From positions 49,619,631-49,683,630 of the forward strand of contig JARFYF010000084.1 in NCBI GenBank assembly GCA_030265395.1: DNA of 64,000 nt, given 5' to 3'. Of this stretch, positions 24,151-36,679 are shown piece by piece. The DNA comes from Rhina ancylostomus. Taxonomy: Eukaryota. The notes beneath the pieces were generated by a model. It was not told where the DNA came from. It made no database searches and saw only the letters and a program-made list of their open reading frames with translations. A program made the translations under genes and the position numbers. The first letter of the stretch is position 1. Each line of letters opens with the position of its first letter.

Positions 24151-27100
24151 GTCCTCCTTTATGACAAACTGCCTGTAAGCACCACAACTTCTGCTCATAG
24201 CCTCTCACTGTATTCAAGTAAGACCAGATCGTGATGGCTGGCTGTACTCCCCTCAGACACCACCATGGGCATGATGTGGTTGTTCCATCACCCTGATGTA
24301 TATGAGATAAGAATATCAGTCACATCGTGTATTAATATTCATGGTGCCTGACAGTGAGTGCCAAGAAGTATGTCGTTTGATAGTTGTTTCTTTCTTCTAA
24401 GTGTTCATCAATATAATAATGAATAGAAAATAGAATAATTTTTATTTTGTACTCTCAATTTGATGTTTATGAAATCAGGTGATTAAAGCATGATTTGGAT
24501 GCATGGCTGAATCTTTTGGTTTAACTATTTGCTTCCACACTTTGCATTAAATTACTTGTACCATTCTTGAACATATGTTTCAATCTATATTTTATGATTG
24601 TTACAATTTGGTAATTGAGACAGCAAGATGTTCTGATACAGCATGAACAAGCAGTACAAGGCCAAAACTAATAGTATGATGGACAGTGTGCATAATATAT
24701 ATGAGATCTTCTGAATAAACACAACCGCTGATATTCTTGACAACAGTGTAAAAATGTTTAAGCTTTATCTTAAAACATTATAGGGACCAAGGGATTAAGA
24801 CCTGGAAGGATCTGGAAGACTTGGTGAATGTAGGCTTTATATTCAATGTCTTAAAATTCCTGATATTAGCCATCCAGCCAATTCAGTCTTGTAACAAAGA
24901 AAAGAAGCAGGACACACATCCAACTACAAACAAAGGCCACAGTGCAATAAGATACTAAGAGTCTTGAATTATATAGTTGCTGTGGCAACTATCCATACAG
25001 AGAAAACATGAGCACATTGGAGATTGATCCAGACTGCCCACTGCTTCTGGTGGATATAAATAACGAATCCAAAACAAGACTTGAAACATAATCAAATTCA
25101 CAAATGACAGAAAACTGGGGTGAAGGCTGCATAGGTGAGAGTCTGATCAACCAGCTAAGGAGCTACCAAAGATCCTAGAAAAATGAATTTCAGATGGCAG
25201 ATTGTGATCTGTTTCCTGACCTCAGAAACTGGTTGCTGCAGATCCCATAAGTGAACCCATTAGTTAAACAGAAATAGAAATAGTTATAAGTTACAACTAG
25301 AAAACTGGCTGTTCAGCTCAACTAATCCATCAATCACCTCAAAAGTACTTTGGGACTTCCTGAGGTTTTGAAAGATGCTATTTAATGCAGATCTTTTTAT
25401 TTAATCCTTGGCCAGCCTTGTCTACATCATAGCTTATTGACTCATCATTCTCAATCAGCATTTACATCCACTGATGAGCAGGTCAGCAATGAATGACGAA
25501 GGTTATGATTGTGCAGCTTGAAAGAAGGCCTACCATCTCTTTGGAGGAGTGACCTTGATCACTCTCATCTGTACTTCATGCCAAAAATCATATCTGCTGA
25601 AGGTAAGAAGTTTTGAATAATCATATTGTAAAATGTTTAATTTAATAGATGGTAATAAATGATAAAACATAGGCTGAATTTCCAAGCAAATTCCAAAGCA
25701 GTAGGAATTGAAAAAAGTGTATTCAGAGAGAACTGATCAACCAATCCATAATGACATTTTTATCTTTTCCTAAATTGATGAGAACGTCAATATAATCACA
25801 GGCTTATAGAGGCTTACAGTAGAGAAGTCCNNNNNNNNNNTGTGTCAGTGCTAGCTCTTCAATGGAATGAACAAAGTACTGCCCTGTTCTCTCTCTGCTG
25901 CTGCTTCTTTGTGTATTCAGTTTCCCCCCTAAAGTTTGGAATGATCTTTGCCTCAAACATTCCTCATGATAGAGTATTCTTTGTGACAAAATTTCTCACT
26001 TCATTTTCGTACTGCTGAAGTATACTCACTATTGCAAGCCATAGGATAAAGGGTTGATCTGAGCCTAGTGACAGCAGGCAGTTCTGTATGGCACTGCCAA
26101 CATCAACTGTTCACAGCTTTGCTTGTTTTGGATTTCGTCATCTGCACAAAGAAGCACCAACCCTGGAAGTGCTGATGGCAACACATCTGACCTCATGCTG
26201 TGCCAGTGTCTCCATGGAGCCCAGTTGCTAGACCAATAACTTGCTGCATGGTTGGACTGGATATACTTCACATCTGGCCTTCAATTGTAATCCAGTGTGG
26301 CCCATTGGAATTGAGTCATTGACCCTACGGAAAGGGGACAGTGCAGGTAAGTGATGAAACCATTTTACTTCATTGTAATGACTATCAGAGAAAATGAATA
26401 ACAATTCAAAATCCTTTGGCAGCTACTAGTATGCTGCCTGAAGCCTGCTGACTTCTTGTAGATAACTCTACCTCCCGGGATCTCTCTCTGATGCGGGTGG
26501 TCAGCTCATTTAGCTCTCTATATTTGCCAAAGGTACATGAGGATGGATCAGAGGCCAGGCAGTGGGCCAATGCCAACAAGATCTGGCTCATGTTCCAAGC
26601 TAAACTGAAGAGAAGGACCCAATGGGCTTCAAGTATCATTAATGTGGTTACTTTACTGATAGAAGCCTTTTTCAAATCAAAAACTTATTTTTCCTCTCTC
26701 TTAACATAAAGTCATTTTAGTTCTTATCACCTACTTTCAAATTTATATTATCTTTAGTATCACATTGATAGAATTTTGTTTTGTGAGAAGAAAGATAGAT
26801 CTTGTGCAACTGAGTGTTTTTTTCAAATAAGTTGTACATTTTTATATTCAAATAAAAGCATACAATCGTAGATAACTGTGAATAGAATGATTACACTCTG
26901 ATACCGGCATTGACGATAAACTGACATTAGAAGAGACTACAATAAAATGTCAAGAAGGAAATTGTAACAATGTAGTACTAGCTTCGAGATCATTGAGATA
27001 ATAGCAGAATAAGTTTGTTCATAAATTGCAAACTGGATTGCGGCACAACAAGAAAGTAAACAGAAATAAAACAATCAGTTGAAAAATTAATGGAAATCCA

Positions 27101-27239
27101 ACTTAAGTTTCAAAATTGTGTAAAATTTACTGTTGTATTGGAGGGTACTTGCTGGACCACAACCTGTGCCAGGAAATTTTGTACAGTTCACTCACTCAGG
27201 GGAATAAATGTAACAGATTAGTAAGTGAGGAACATACAG

Positions 27240-27620
27240 TAATTAAAGATAAAATAGTGGAAATATTAATGGGGCTAAAGCCAGCCAAATCCTTAATTTG
27301 TTAGTCTTTATCCTGGATGGTAAGAGAGGTGAGATAGTGAATGTATTAGTGATGATCTTACAAAATTCCAGAGATTCTTGAATAGCCATAGCAGACTAGA
27401 AGATAGCAAATACAACACTGCTTTTAAGAAAGAAGGGAGAGAAATATAAATAATTGTAAACCAGTTAATCTGGCATCTGTTGTCATCATTGACAGCAAAA
27501 TGCTGTAATCAATTGTTAGGAATTTGTTTAGAGAACCATAATGTGACTAGTGGAGTTAACGTGGTTTAAGCCAGATATTTTTGAGGATGGGGTCAGCAGG
27601 GTAGATAAGGAGAACCAGGA
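27240..27620 (+). mobile_element. Old CR1 RT N-terminal fragment
   Basis: ILMGLKPAKS..IFQNS..DWKIANTT-like decayed frame. Confidence 0.55.
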
Positions 27621-27659
27621 GAATTCAGGTTATTCCCATCAACGTCAAGTAAGATCACC

Positions 27660-28810
27660 CACATCAGAAGGTCTGGAAAGTTAGATCACTTAAGACTTAT
27701 CCGGAAAGTTAGATCACATGGGATCCAGGGTGAGCTAGCTAATTAGATACAAAATTGGCTTTGTGGTAGGAGTCAGAGAGTGGTAGTGGAGGGTTTTTCA
27801 GATTGGAGACCTGTGACCAGTGGTGCACTGCAGGGATCATTGCTGGGTTGCCTGTGGTTTGTCATCTATATTAATGATTTGGATAGGAATGTAGGTGGCA
27901 TGATTGGTAATTTTGCAGATGACACCAAAATTGGTGGTGTGGTGGACAGTGAAGAAGGTTGTCTAGAAGAATCTATATCCACCGGAAAAGTGGACAAAGG
28001 AAAGACAGATGGAACTTAACTCAGCCAAGTGCAAAGTGATGCATTTTGGGAAGTTAAACCAGGGCAGGACAAACACAGTGAATGGCAGAGCCCTGGGGAG
28101 TGTTGTCGAACAGAGAGATTTAGGGGTATAAGTACATAGTTCCCTGAAAGTGGCACCACTTTCGAGGCAGGTTGGTGAGGCAGGCACTTGGCATTCTTGC
28201 CTTCATTGGTTGGGGCATTGAGTACAAGAGCTGGGACGTCATGTTACAGCAATACAAGACAATGGTGAGACTGCACTTGGAGTATTGTTTGCAATTCTGA
28301 TCACCATGCAGTAGGAAGGATGTGATTAAGAGACAGTGCAGAAAAAATCCATAAAGATATTGCCGGGACCAGAGTTCTTGAGTTTTAAGGAGAGACTGAA
28401 TAGGCTGGGACTGTTACCCCGAAGCGAAGGAGGCTGAGGGGGTGACCTTTTTGAGGTTTATAAAATCATGATGGGCAGAGGTAACGTGGATGGTCACAGT
28501 CTTTTTCCCAGGATAGGAGAGTCTAAAACTAGGGGGCATAGGTTTAAGGTGAAAGGGGAAAGATTTAAACGGGATCTGAGGGGCAAGTTTTTCACACAGA
28601 AGCTGGTGGGTCTGTGGAACAAGCTACCAGAGGAAGTGGTAGAGATGGGTACAGTTACAAAGTTTAAGAGACATTTGTACAGGTACATAGATAGAAAAGG
28701 TTGAGAGGAATATGACTAAATGCAGGGAAGTGGGACTGGCTCAGGGGGCACTTGGCCGGCTTGGACAAGTTGAGCCAAAGAGTCCATACTGTATAGCTCC
28801 ATGATGCTGT
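27660..28810 (+). mobile_element. CR1 LINE, RT C-terminal half to 3' tail
   Basis: FSDWRPVTSGALQGSLLG..FVIYINDLD..FADDTKIGGVVDSEEG; SKTRGHRFKVKGERFKRDLRGKFFTQ. Confidence 0.95.
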
Positions 28811-29039
28811 GGCATCAGAGAGACAGTGGCTGGGGAGGTGTCTTCAACTTAGAGAAACAGCTACACACATTATTTCCAGTGTTAGGAAATGTGGAAACTG
28901 CTGCAAACTTGCAAGTGGGATCTATCTGGGGCTCCAGCACAGGAAATTGAGTGTGACCTCTGCCATTTTCTCAAGTCTGTCTCTTTCTGGTGGCTATGGT
29001 ACATGTCTGTGGCCAAGTAGAATGATACTCCATTCAGTT

Positions 29040-29275
29040 CTTGAACCAACCTGCACAACCCTAATCACTACCTCATTTTAGTAACACTATGGCCACTTTG
29101 CACTCCAATGACTTTTGTTTATTTTTTTGGTTCTAATTGTGTTCCTTCCTGTATAAATCTTGTATTACTTATGTTTTTCTTCTGAATGTTGTGCCTGTGA
29201 TGCCACTGCAAGTGAGTTTTTCATTGCATCTGTGCCTACACGTAATTGTGAATATGACAGTAAATTCGACTTAAA
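29040..29275 (+). mobile_element. Rex1/Babar-type 3' UTR
   Basis: ttcttgaaccaacctgcacaaccctaatc..tgcctgtgatgc..gtttttcattgca..tgacagtaaa matches 39315-39590. Confidence 0.7.
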
Positions 29276-29703
29276 GACTTAAAAGGGGAATAATGTATCC
29301 TGAGCCCATGCTTTCTGGAGGGATTTATCAAAAGAGAATTCCAACATATGATTCCCAAAACTTGGATAGTAATTGTTGAACCCAATGTGCACCAAGTTTA
29401 GCCATTGAGGAAGAAGTTATTTTTTAATGTAATAAATTGCCACACAATTTTTTTTCAAGCAGACTATGTATACTATTTGTTAAGTAGCCTAATTCTGTAT
29501 ACAAATTATTAGAATCTGATTTAATCTTAAGTTAGGAAAGTATTTGGTTTCTTTTTACTTAATTAAGGTGTAAAATGCTTTTCATTTTCCGGAATACATT
29601 GATGCATATCAGGATATGATTTTACTGACATTCTGGTTAGTGTGGAATTTGGGCCTCTTGCTTTACACTATGAGGTAGTTTGGTTGGAACATAAGAATGG
29701 GAC

Positions 29704-29873
29704 TAATAAGAGAATGGGAGGTCTAGATTACTCTTTTTTACTCCTTGTGATTATATATATATTAACCGTTATGATTTTTATCCTGATCTCTTTGCACCAT
29801 ATGTATTAGTACTAATGTTATATATATTGTATTGTCCTAATTTGAAATTAATATAAAGATTGAAAAAGAAAGA
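29704..29873 (+). mobile_element. Short 5'-truncated non-LTR insertion (L1-like 3' end) with 11-bp TSD
   Basis: AAGAATGGGAC at 29693-29703 and 29874-29884; A-rich tail aaagattgaaaaagaaagaaa. Confidence 0.7.
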
Positions 29874-31094
29874 AAGAATGGGACAATAGTAGGTCAGGAT
29901 GAAAAATACTTGACTCCTATTGTTTGGAAGAAATACAATTTAATCGGGTATTGTTTGCAATTATATAGGACACAATTATTTATTATAATTTTTCCTAACA
30001 AATGAAATATAAAATCTCAAACAAACTTTTCTTGAGAAGCATTAGAAGATTCAAGTTTGTGGGAAGAAAACAAGTTTCATCTCCTCCCACGGAAGGAAAA
30101 CGTGGTTGTTTACTTTTCTATAATGTCTACTATTTCAAGATATTCTGTGCATCTAGACCTGGATGTAGACAAATAAAGGAGGAAGTGTAAGCAATGTTTT
30201 GGTTGCAGGATTCAAACTATCTTTTATCTTGCTTTCAAATGAAAGAACTTGGACATTTTAATTGATCTCAGAGTTTTGAACATTCAGTTCTGGGGTCTGT
30301 CCATTTGAAACTAGAATTTCTAACAACAGTGATGTGGAAAATAAGAAGGAAATGGACAATAACACCAGAGCAATATCGGTTATTCAAAGTCAAGCTGGAC
30401 AGCCGTTGATTGTCCTATTGGAAGCTTAGGGCTACACAAACATACACATTGCCCAGGACGTTCCCTTGTATCATCCTTTTCCAATGGACCATTAGTGACA
30501 GCAATGCTCCTTAACTCACAGCTGTATTGTATTGTAAATCAGTGTCTTGATGAGATCTTTGCACAACCAATATGCAAGCTCTTGCCACCCAACATGGCTC
30601 CCACCTGCAACTCAACACTAAGTCTGAAATAGGTCTCAGTTTAATGTGCCCAATAATTAGAGGTTCTTGTAACAGAATCACTCTGGCTCAATTTTTCATG
30701 TATGTAATCTATAGAAATTTTGAAGAAGTCTCCACAAGTCACACTGCGGGTGAAAGTGTCACTTTGATCAGAATGGGAGTGAAAATTGTGATAACATGTT
30801 GGAGCACTGAGCTGAGAGGGGTCCTACTGGTTTTAGATAAGGAAAATCAAATGATCTGCTGGTTCTATAGGATTTCTGCTGATTTTTCAACTCAATTTAT
30901 TGTTTCAGCTGCACAAGCCAATGAATTAAATAAAGGAAGACAGCAATGCATCAACAAGAGGGATAAGTATTAATCCAGATATATACATCATCCCCTCTGT
31001 GGATTGGACATTCCATTATTGTCCAGAAGCATTTGTTTCCCACCCTAAAAATAATGGTGATGGATCACATGAAAGACCTGGATGCTGAAAGCAA

Positions 31095-31515
31095 GAAAAA
31101 CAACTTGACACTATATCTATCCTTGTCATGTCTCAGTATGTCCCACAATCCTTTATAATCAATGGTTTACTTTTAAAGGTTAGTCACAGGTCTTATGCAA
31201 GCAATCACAACAGTAAATTTGCATGTGGCAAGATTGGACAAACAAAAATGAATGGAAAGCCAGATAATCTGTTTTTGTGATAGTTGAGGGAGGAACATTG
31301 GCCTGGACACTATTTGTTAAAAGGAGCATTATAGTATTTTACATTTATCTAAACAGACTGATGAGAGAGTGGCTTAATGATCCATTTGAAAGGTAGCTCA
31401 TTCAATAATACAACAATTTCTCAGTACTGAGTGAAAATGTCAACTTACATTATTAGTATGTACTCTCCGTGAAGATTAAAGCTGCATCTTTCTGACTCAG
31501 TGGATAAAAGTATAA
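31095..31515 (-). mobile_element. Deu-SINE (SacSINE1-like) with L2-type tail, old
   Basis: caacttg..tatat..gtcccacaatcctttata..tagtcac..aatttgca..ccagataatctgtttttgtgat..ttgaggga..ctcagtactg..ttctgactcag follows the antisense of the shark Deu-SINE as I recall it. Confidence 0.65.
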
Positions 31516-32744
31516 TCCAGAAAGATATTTTGTGAGACATTTAATAAATTACTTTGGAGTATCTGTTCATGTTTTCCAAAGATTTTAAAGAGGCAGAACC
31601 AATAATTGTTCAACTGCATAATAATGAAAGTTATTATTTACATAGAAATAATTATGCTGTTTGAACAGAAGATATTTTATTTGCTTTCAAAGACTAAAAT
31701 ATTATCAGTTAGCTTATCAGGGAAGGAACTCTGAAAGAGACAGTGGTAGTATAGATTAATAGTCCTATCAGCCTGTTTGACAATGATCTGGCCAATGTCT
31801 CTACTTTTCTGTTGAAGTAGAAGCCAACTTTAAACATTAATCTCTGACAGAAGAAACCAGCAGTGACAAACTGCATTATCAATGCTAACTGCTTGGATTT
31901 TGTCTTCATTCTAGAATTGTTGCTTTGGATAAAATAAAAATATTCCTATCTGGACCACAGCCAATCACTCTATCCAACTCTTTGATGCAATAATCTTTCA
32001 ATTATAGCTTTGATCAAACATTTACTATATTTATATTTTAACTCAAAAGCATATTGAACTATGAAACAGATGAGAGATGGTTTTGCATTGCTTTTAGTCT
32101 AACTTAAATAATTAATTCAACAAATTGAGGTTTAAATATTAAATACAACTTTTTGAAATCTTAAGTGCTTAAGTTAACTCAGTTGCATTCTGTTTTGCAT
32201 TTTAAACCATGAGTTAAGTTATTCCTCACCATTTAAATTATTGCAAAGCAGGAGTTTTTCAGTTCAGCTGTAATATTTGAATGCACTTGATAAGTAGATT
32301 TTTCTTTTGGTGCTTCCATTGAAATTCCTTCTCTTATGTTTGCCCTTTTTACCTATCAACTTCAGAGCCAGCAGCTGTTTATCTTTTATGACTCTATCTT
32401 AGAAAGTCCAATCATTTTTCTCTTTATATTTGAAATTAATAAATTATAACTGCTTACATAGTACACTTCTGCAATATCTTTTTCAAAAAGACTGTGACAC
32501 ATCAAAATCATTGTGTCATTTAGTTAATGTCATCACTTTTGTTAACTGCTTACGCTGTACATTATTCTCAGGCTTAGTGATAAGGTCCATTTGAATTTTC
32601 TTCCTTATGTCACAGCAACAATTTAAACATTTCAATATTTAAAGAGAGTTCACAAAGCTGCTGCTCATAGTTTTTAGTATTATCAGGACTAATTCCTTTA
32701 TCATCAGTAAGCCTAAAGCTAAATGTTAATTATTGCTTTGTTAT

Positions 32745-32930
32745 TTAATTATTCATTTATGGGATGTAGTCATCACTGTCAAGGCCAGCATTTATTGCTC
32801 ATCCCCAATTGCCTTTGAGAAGGTGGTGATGAGCTGCCTTTTTAAACTGCCGCAAAACTTCTGTTGATCTTACTCCCACGATGATTTTGGGCAGATAGTC
32901 CAGAATTTAGAATGTTGACATAGTGTTATC
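32745..32930 (-). mobile_element. LINE 3' tail (same family as 10540)
   Basis: caaggccagcatttattgctcatccccaattgcctttgagaaggtggtgatgagctgcc. Confidence 0.7.
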
Positions 32931-33149
32931 CATGCAGGGATGCATTGTTTTATTTTCTGAAGTGTGGCAAATGGAATTGAGCATTGTGCAATCATACAAA
33001 AAATAAAATACTACAGGTGCCAGAAGTTTACCTTTCTGTGAGAATGGTAATGCTGTGGTTTAGTCACCAAACTGTAAATTGAGATGCCAGGACTAACTGC
33101 CCAGAGACATGAGGAAAAATTCTATGGTGGCTTCTGTGGAATTTAAATA

Positions 33150-33515
33150 TCTGGACTCATTATTGAATTCAACAATTTTAGATAATCAGCTATTCTAATC
33201 TTGTGTCTCACATACTAGCATTCAGCATTTTACCTTTTCTTTCATAATTATGAATATTTTTCATAATACTCCCCCACCCATTTCTTTTGTTATTCACCAA
33301 CCCCTTTCTGCCAATTGCCTGTCTACTGATGTCATTCAATCACTTCTGCCCTCCACACACAGTACTTCCCTATTGTTCTCTCACCCCCTTCCCTTTCTCT
33401 TTCTCTGCAACTTCAAGGTTTTATGTCAAACATTTCACAGTTATGCTGAAAGGTCATCAACTTGGTTTCTGTCTCTACAGTTACCATTGAATATTTCCAG
33501 AATTTTCTATTTTAT
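33150..33515 (+). mobile_element. Penelope-like 3' region/terminal repeat, decayed
   Basis: attgaattcaacaattttag..ctctgcaactt..cagttatgctgaaaggtcatcaac..tatttccag. Confidence 0.55.
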
Positions 33516-33936
33516 TGTGCAATCATCCTCAAACATCCCCACTTCTGGTAGAAGGAAGGTTAGTGCTGAAGGTGGTTGGACCCTGGACACTGCCTGGTGT
33601 GATTCCTGTTACAATTTTCTGAGGCTGAGGTGAATGGGCTCCTATAACACAATTGCTTAGGATTTCAATACAGCACTATCTCCACACAATGATCTAATAA
33701 ATTTGTTTGTCTGCAATAGTTGGGAAAATCTTGAGATTGCCCAACAACGTAGCTTTTTGAATGTGATTTAGAGAAATTAAATATTTTGTAGACAAGCCAA
33801 CTGTAGGGCAGAAGGACATGAAGAGATCATTTGTATNNNNNNNNNNNNNNNNNNNNNNNNNNNNNNNNNNNNNNNNNNNNNNNNNNNNNNNNNNNNNNNN
33901 NNNNNNNNNNNNNNNNNNNNNNNNNNNNNNNNNNNN

Positions 33937-34810
33937 CAGAAGGACATGAAGAGATCATTTGTATTGTTTGTGTACTCGAACCTCTTCTGTGAGTTTGCAT
34001 GATGCAGGAGTAAACCTGGTGTGGTTTGTGGATCCACCATGATCCCTTAAGGTTGGTATGGAGCTTAATCAGTTGGAATAGTACAGGATGAAAAAGGGCA
34101 GATTGGGTGACGACTCTGCAGAATGCTTCCATTCGATCTCCAAGGGTGACTCTGAGCTTTCAGTTGCCTAACACATTAATCTTCCACCCGAATCCCACTC
34201 TGACCTTATTGTCTTTGGCTTCTTACACTGTTCCAATCAAGCTCAGTATAAGATCAAGAAAGAGCAACCATTTGGGTACATTGCAGCCCTTGGAATAACA
34301 TTGTATTCAACACTTCCGGATGACCAGCCTTTCCTGTTCTGTAAGAACTGACCAGTTCTGATAGAAAACTATCAACCTGTAGCATTAATTCAGTTTTCTC
34401 TCCACAAATGCTAATTGACCTGCTAGTATTTCCAACATTTTCCTTTATTTCAGATTTCCAGTAACTGCTGTTCTGTATCTCACAGTTCCAGCACTGTTTG
34501 TTGATTTGATTTTTTCCTCTCTACTTGCACCTCATCCAGATGATGAAGAACCCTTTGCCATTTTCTCTTAGACAGCACCAGCAGTGTTTCTGTCACCTGG
34601 ATTGTCCTGATATTCACCGTATCACAAACATTCCCCTTGTTCTCTCCACCGCNNNNNNNNNNTCTCCCCCTACTCTGCAACTTTGAACACACTTTTCCAG
34701 TTCTGATGAAAGGTTGCCAGCCTGACAAGTTTACTCTGTTTTTCCCTCCACAGATGCTGAGCATCTCCAACATTTTCTGTTTTAATTTCAGATTTACAGT
34801 TCTTGCTTTT
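33937..34810 (+). mobile_element. Penelope-like element end with two tandem terminal repeats
   Basis: GIY-YIG C-terminal remnant (gcagattgggtgacgactctgcagaa); repeat units at 34352-34468 and 34697-34799. Confidence 0.7.
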
Positions 34811-35961
34811 AGAATAATACATCTTATCAGCATTAAAAGTTTGGTACATTTCCAACTGTCTGACTAACTAGGACAACCAAATGCAGTAGTACGTTGGCTT
34901 TGAAGAGTTCCTGGAGCTGAGTGAAAGTAAAGCCAGCCGACAATGGCAGCTCTAATTTTCACATCTCATCAGTGATCATGCTAGGTTGATCAATGCCTTT
35001 AGAATGCCACTGGTTAAAGTATTTTATTGCTGCTTTTACTTCAGAACATTATATTAATTTTGAACCTGCATTATCATGGGAAATCTCTGGAGCCACAATC
35101 AGCCTACCTCTCTCAAAGGTGCACTAGCTGGTCATTATACAATTGACAAGGTGGATTTTAGACCCTGCCAGAAACTCTCATGGGAGGAGTTAATGAGCAG
35201 TGTAACAGAGCACAGCATAGACTGACTTTTTGTTCTAGTTGATCATATTAGAAATTTAAAGGAATAATTTTAACCATGGTCATCCAATGGGAATGCAATG
35301 GGCTAGACTAAGAAGACTTGGGGATCACGTACACTCGACAATGGTCTGTTACGCCAAATTCTTAACTGAAATCAAAGCAGGTGTGGGCTGGCTGGAAGTT
35401 TTAGGGATATGGGGGTAGACTTGGTAAGATTTGTGGGAAAACATGTGCACTACCATTTCACCTGTGGGGGAGCTGGAGAGGCCAAATTAAATAGGAAGTG
35501 AATGCACATTCTGATGTGTCCTAATGGGTAGGAGGAGCAGGAGTTCTTGCCTTATCTCTAACAGGACTCCTTGAGCTTCCCATGCATAGCAATGTCTTAT
35601 GGTCCCATTTATTGGAAAACTGCTTCCTCAGCACTAACTTCACAGTGGTAACTGTTTCTTTGGCCTCTAGTATTTCTCAACCCCAACCCACTTGCTGCAA
35701 CCTCATCATTTCTGTCAGTTTTGGGTGGGAGATTGTAAAGTTACACTGAAGCATGGTCTGGGTGTTAAAACGATATTGACTGTAGTCTGTATTCTCATTT
35801 GTGGTTTATCTACTGCTTCAGGAAATGACAAAGCTGTTTGGGCTCCATGCTAAGAATGATCTTCGTGCCTGGAAAAATGAATGCACTCCATAACTGGTTT
35901 TAACATGTTGCCTTCCAGTTGTCTCAAATCCTGGGTTTAATTCTTCTTGTGTTTCGGATTA

Positions 35962-36679
35962 GGTTACGATTGGTGAACGTCCCTTTCAGACATAGCACAG
36001 TATTGTGTGTGTGTGTGTGTGTTTGTGTTTGATGTGATTAAACAACAACAGGAGATAAGGATGTGATGATGTTTTTAGAGCAGTCAGGGAAGAAATGGGA
36101 GAGAGAGGGAGGGAGACACCCTGCCTGCTGGTCTCTGTATCGATGGATTAAAAAACAAGAACTGTGTCTGTCACTACAATCCACGTATGGATTTTTGGAA
36201 TAATCCAGTGGAGTCCACTTTGTCATAAACCTGTAGAGGAAGCAGGTATTTGTGTGGACGGCCACGTCTCGGATGCCTTTTCGGGGTGGCAGATACTTCG
36301 TAACAAAGCAGTGAAGATCATCAGTGACTGAGGTGTCACAAGGGTTCCATTGTGGAACACTTGGATTTTGTAATTACTCTCTATTTTCTCTCTACATTTT
36401 CTCTTCAGTCAACGGTGGTTTTGCAGAAGCCTTTCCTCACATTTCATCTTATGGCTTGCTGAACTGAACTTTGAGAACTATTCCTGGACTGGGAGTTTAG
36501 CAATTNNNNNNNNNNNNNNNNNNNNNNNNNNNNNNNNNNNNNNNNNNNNNNNNNNNNNNNNNNNNNNNNNNNNNNNNNNNNNNNNNNNNNNNNNNNNNNN
36601 NNNNNAGTAGTTATTAATAAAATAGTTTCTAACATTTATGCATAACTCGGTGTGCTTCTTTTGTTGCGGGTATGTAACA
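35962..36679 (+). mobile_element. Probable solo LTR, family B
   Basis: (G)GTTACG...GTAACA near-inverted termini, AATAAA at 36616-36621 just before the 3' end, more CpGs than the flanks, internal (TG)n. No TSD found. Confidence 0.55.

Noticed and set aside
30572-30973. 133-aa ATG-initiated ORF
   Set aside because: No recognisable domain or coding-like composition; consistent with chance in 64 kb.
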